DNA from: an uncultured Candidatus Saccharibacteria bacterium
GTDB taxonomy: Bacteria; Patescibacteriota; Minisyncoccia; Phycocordibacterales; DATDWN01
DNA length: 64,000 bases
Direction of reading: 5' to 3'
NCBI GenBank assembly: GCA_964453075.1
Contig: CAYVNM010000002.1
Location: forward strand, 4,279-68,278
Shown piece by piece: positions 62,202 to 64,000 of this stretch; position 1 is the stretch's first letter; every line of letters begins with the position of its first letter. The translations under genes and the position numbers were made by a program. Below the pieces are notes generated by a model that saw nothing but the letters and a program-made list of their open reading frames with translations, made no database searches and was not told where the DNA came from.

Positions 62202-62630
62202 CTAGCAAGCGGGCTTGCGAACCCCGAGAAAACGATCGTCCTTGTACCAGCTACCTCTCCACACACCAAGCCCTCGCAAAGAGGAGCAGAACTTGCTGAG
62301 ATATGCCACACAAAGGTCAGTGTGGTCCCAGCAAAATGAGCCCAAAGCGACAATCACGAATTCTCGCTGGATGTGGGGATACTTCGACCCAAAATCCAGA
62401 AGTTCGTGGATGGTTGCCGGTCGGAATCCCAACCTGTCTATCTCCGAGATAGCCTCACTGCGCGAGATGAACCTGTTGAGGTGTATGAGCTCGGCGCTCA
62501 CTTGCACTTCGCCAGTTCCCGTCTTGGGGAAATTCGCCTCGGTGATGCGAAAGTCAACCTTATCGTAATTTCCAGCCGCAACCATGTCGGCCACGGTAAG
62601 ATTGTGGTTAACAACGAGTTCGTACACCAT
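62202..62630 (-). CDS. GC-rich gene B (142 aa, unknown).
   Basis: Extended -10 TGTATAAT, SD AAGGAGatataccATG, and a double-hairpin terminator at 62100-62200. The 5' region is homologous to that of gene A. Confidence 0.5.
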   Translation of the reverse strand: MVYELVVNHNLTVADMVAAGNYDKVDFRITEANFPKTGTGEVQVSAELIHLNRFISRSEAISEIDRLGFRPATIHELLDFGSKYPHIQREFVIVALGSFCWDHTDLCVAYLSKFCSSLRGLGVWRGSWYKDDRFLGVRKPAC

Positions 62631-62768
62631 GGTATATCTCCTTGGCTCTGATAGCCGAAGTTGTTGTCAAACTGTTCTGAGTACTATTATACACCTAAAT
62701 AGATAGAATGTCAAGGATTTTATGGTAAAAATGGCAAAAAAGACCTAAAATAGGCCATTTTGCTAAAA

Positions 62769-62881
62769 CTTCCAAATTTGGATGAAATCCGACGTGAGAA
62801 ATTAAAAAGGCGAAGAGCCTTACTGTCGTAAGGTGATGAGCATTTTTAATTTGGGAACGAGGAGTTCGCCAAATTTGGAAG
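62769..62881. repeat. Intergenic repeat element R3 (immediately 3' of the stop of the large secreted-protein gene).
   Basis: cttccaaatttgg...gccttactgtcgtaaggtgatgagcattttt...gagttcgccaaatttggaag. Terminal IR CCAAATTTGG and an internal CCTTAC-TGTC-GTAAGG hairpin as in R2. Confidence 0.6.
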
Positions 62882-62883
62882 TT

Positions 62884-64000
62884 TTACCTGATCTCGTCCC
62901 AGGAGACTATTTGGTATTGATCGGAAGTCAGTGGAAAACTCGGAGGCGGACCATACAACAAATTTGCATCATAAGTTATATTTCTAGTGTTATACCCAGT
63001 GCCATCTGTATAAGCAAAACCATAACGTATATTTGTACCTATCATTCCAAATAAAGTTATAGAATTTCTATCATAACCACTACCACAATTAGAAGAATAG
63101 TAATAACGACCAACACGACCATTTTGAGCGATAAGAGCAGCATCTATTCTCAAATCATTCAGACTTCCAAGTCCAGCATTGATGTTACCCTGAGCAATGA
63201 GAGAGATGACATCTTGACCGTCATAGTTTGTGTACAAAAGATTGTTGTTCACAGTAATACTTGGTCTGGTACTTGCATTGTCTGGAAATCTACCTGCAGC
63301 TAGAGTTACACGAGCAGTATTGATTTGTCCTTCTGCCCACACGTTATCCTCCACAAAAATTAATCCATTTGCAGGAATTGGATAATTACCAATAAGAGTT
63401 TGGTTACCACTTCCAGTAGTTCTTATCGTCCACGTCCCCCACCCTGATTGGTTTGCAGAGTTACTACAACCACTAGGAGCAGACATTAAGTTGTTAACTC
63501 TATAAACATCAAATGTGTCATTCGTCTTAAAAAGTATTCTATAACCCAAGGCACCAGAACCGGACAGATATCTCCCACTGGCTTGAGCATCACTTTTTAT
63601 TTGAGCCAAATCTGTAGTCAACCCGACAAAATCTATTGCTGGAACCGGAAAAGATCTACCTATCATAAAAACATCTACACGACTAGCCACTCCGCTTGGA
63701 GGAGCTTCGGCAGCTCTGAACGTATCATTTACTCCACTTCCAGGTGGTGGATTTACATGTGTGTGTACTCCAAACTCCATATTTCCCGAATGGTCTGGAT
63801 CGTCATAAACATCTTTTGCACTAGTAATAATATTATGAGCTATTCCATCAAAACGTATACCTCCATTTGAGTGTATCGGACCAAAAACTTCTGTTCCCTG
63901 ACCAAAGCGCATGCTGTCATTTGCAGCGATAGCATATCTGGCAAAAGAAGGGATAGCCAACTGAACAACTATGGAACGAGAAATGGTTGGGTCCACCAAT
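62884..64000 (-). CDS. Large secreted/surface hypothetical protein (C-terminal part. The N-terminus is beyond the window).
   Basis: At least 371 aa, Gly/Asn/Thr-rich, beta-rich. ORF open to the window edge. Confidence 0.4.
   Translation of the reverse strand, partial: LVDPTISRSIVVQLAIPSFARYAIAANDSMRFGQGTEVFGPIHSNGGIRFDGIAHNIITSAKDVYDDPDHSGNMEFGVHTHVNPPPGSGVNDTFRAAEAPPSGVASRVDVFMIGRSFPVPAIDFVGLTTDLAQIKSDAQASGRYLSGSGALGYRILFKTNDTFDVYRVNNLMSAPSGCSNSANQSGWGTWTIRTTGSGNQTLIGNYPIPANGLIFVEDNVWAEGQINTARVTLAAGRFPDNASTRPSITVNNNLLYTNYDGQDVISLIAQGNINAGLGSLNDLRIDAALIAQNGRVGRYYYSSNCGSGYDRNSITLFGMIGTNIRYGFAYTDGTGYNTRNITYDANLLYGPPPSFPLTSDQYQIVSWDEIR

Noticed and set aside
61791-62339. Plus ORF of 182 aa spanning the tpiA/gene B intergenic region.
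   Set aside because: Its 3' half is antisense to gene B and runs through the gene B terminator hairpins. Only the first roughly 20 codons after the ATG at 62061 are plausibly real, and even that is uncertain.

Overview
This window reads as a low-GC (about 35%) Candidate Phyla Radiation / Patescibacteria-like genome segment under the standard genetic code. The affiliation rests on several observations: the S10-spc ribosomal cluster lacks uL30, several r-proteins carry Lys/Ala-rich extensions, rpsN is the Zn-ribbon Z type, and a full type IV pilus (T4P) and competence toolkit is present.

Gene content, left to right:
- ligA (5' partial, minus strand).
- A minus-strand T4P locus: pilM-N-O, a small membrane gene, pilB, a CheY-like receiver, pilT, pilC, four tandem pilin paralogues, pilD and four pseudopilins.
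- comFC, tRNA-Ser(GCU), a second long-variable-arm tRNA with an odd anticodon loop, mscL and recG.
- tRNA-Ile(UAU), ftsH, and smpB followed by an ssrA (tmRNA) that encodes the tag ANGFALAFA.
- infC-rpmI-rplT, an MBL-fold RNase J-like nuclease, ndk, and map-adk-secY.
- The whole spc and S10 r-protein operons, then tuf, a 982-aa Gly-zipper protein, fusA, rpsG, rpsL, an M50 protease and rpmB.
- A comEC gene split into two parts by an Fe/Mn SOD-like gene on the opposite strand.
- rnhA, recJ, a HIT-family gene, tpiA and a 3'-partial large secreted protein.

The most striking signal is a dispersed family of at least 12 small genes of atypical composition, which I label K, E, L, A, C, D, J, F, G, H, I and B. 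They look GC-rich by eye, roughly 50-55%. Nearly every one is a self-contained unit with a near-consensus sigma70 promoter, an AGGAGG Shine-Dalgarno and its own intrinsic terminator. Four of them (D, C, A, and J beside rpsJ) sit inside the otherwise invariant S10/spc r-protein superoperon. Genes A and B share a homologous promoter/5'UTR cassette. Gene C is preceded by a 20-bp perfect inverted repeat flanking a promoter/terminator segment, which looks like an invertible switch.

Other notable elements:
- A GC-rich roughly 300-nt promoter-to-terminator ncRNA candidate between rnhA and recJ.
- A terminator-containing intergenic repeat family (R1-R4).
- CCCGTTAGAR/YTCTAACGGG inverted-repeat pairs abutting start codons at recJ, HIT and tpiA.
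- Partial duplicates of the tmRNA 3' end downstream of ssrA.

All calls are by eye from the sequence. No searches were run.
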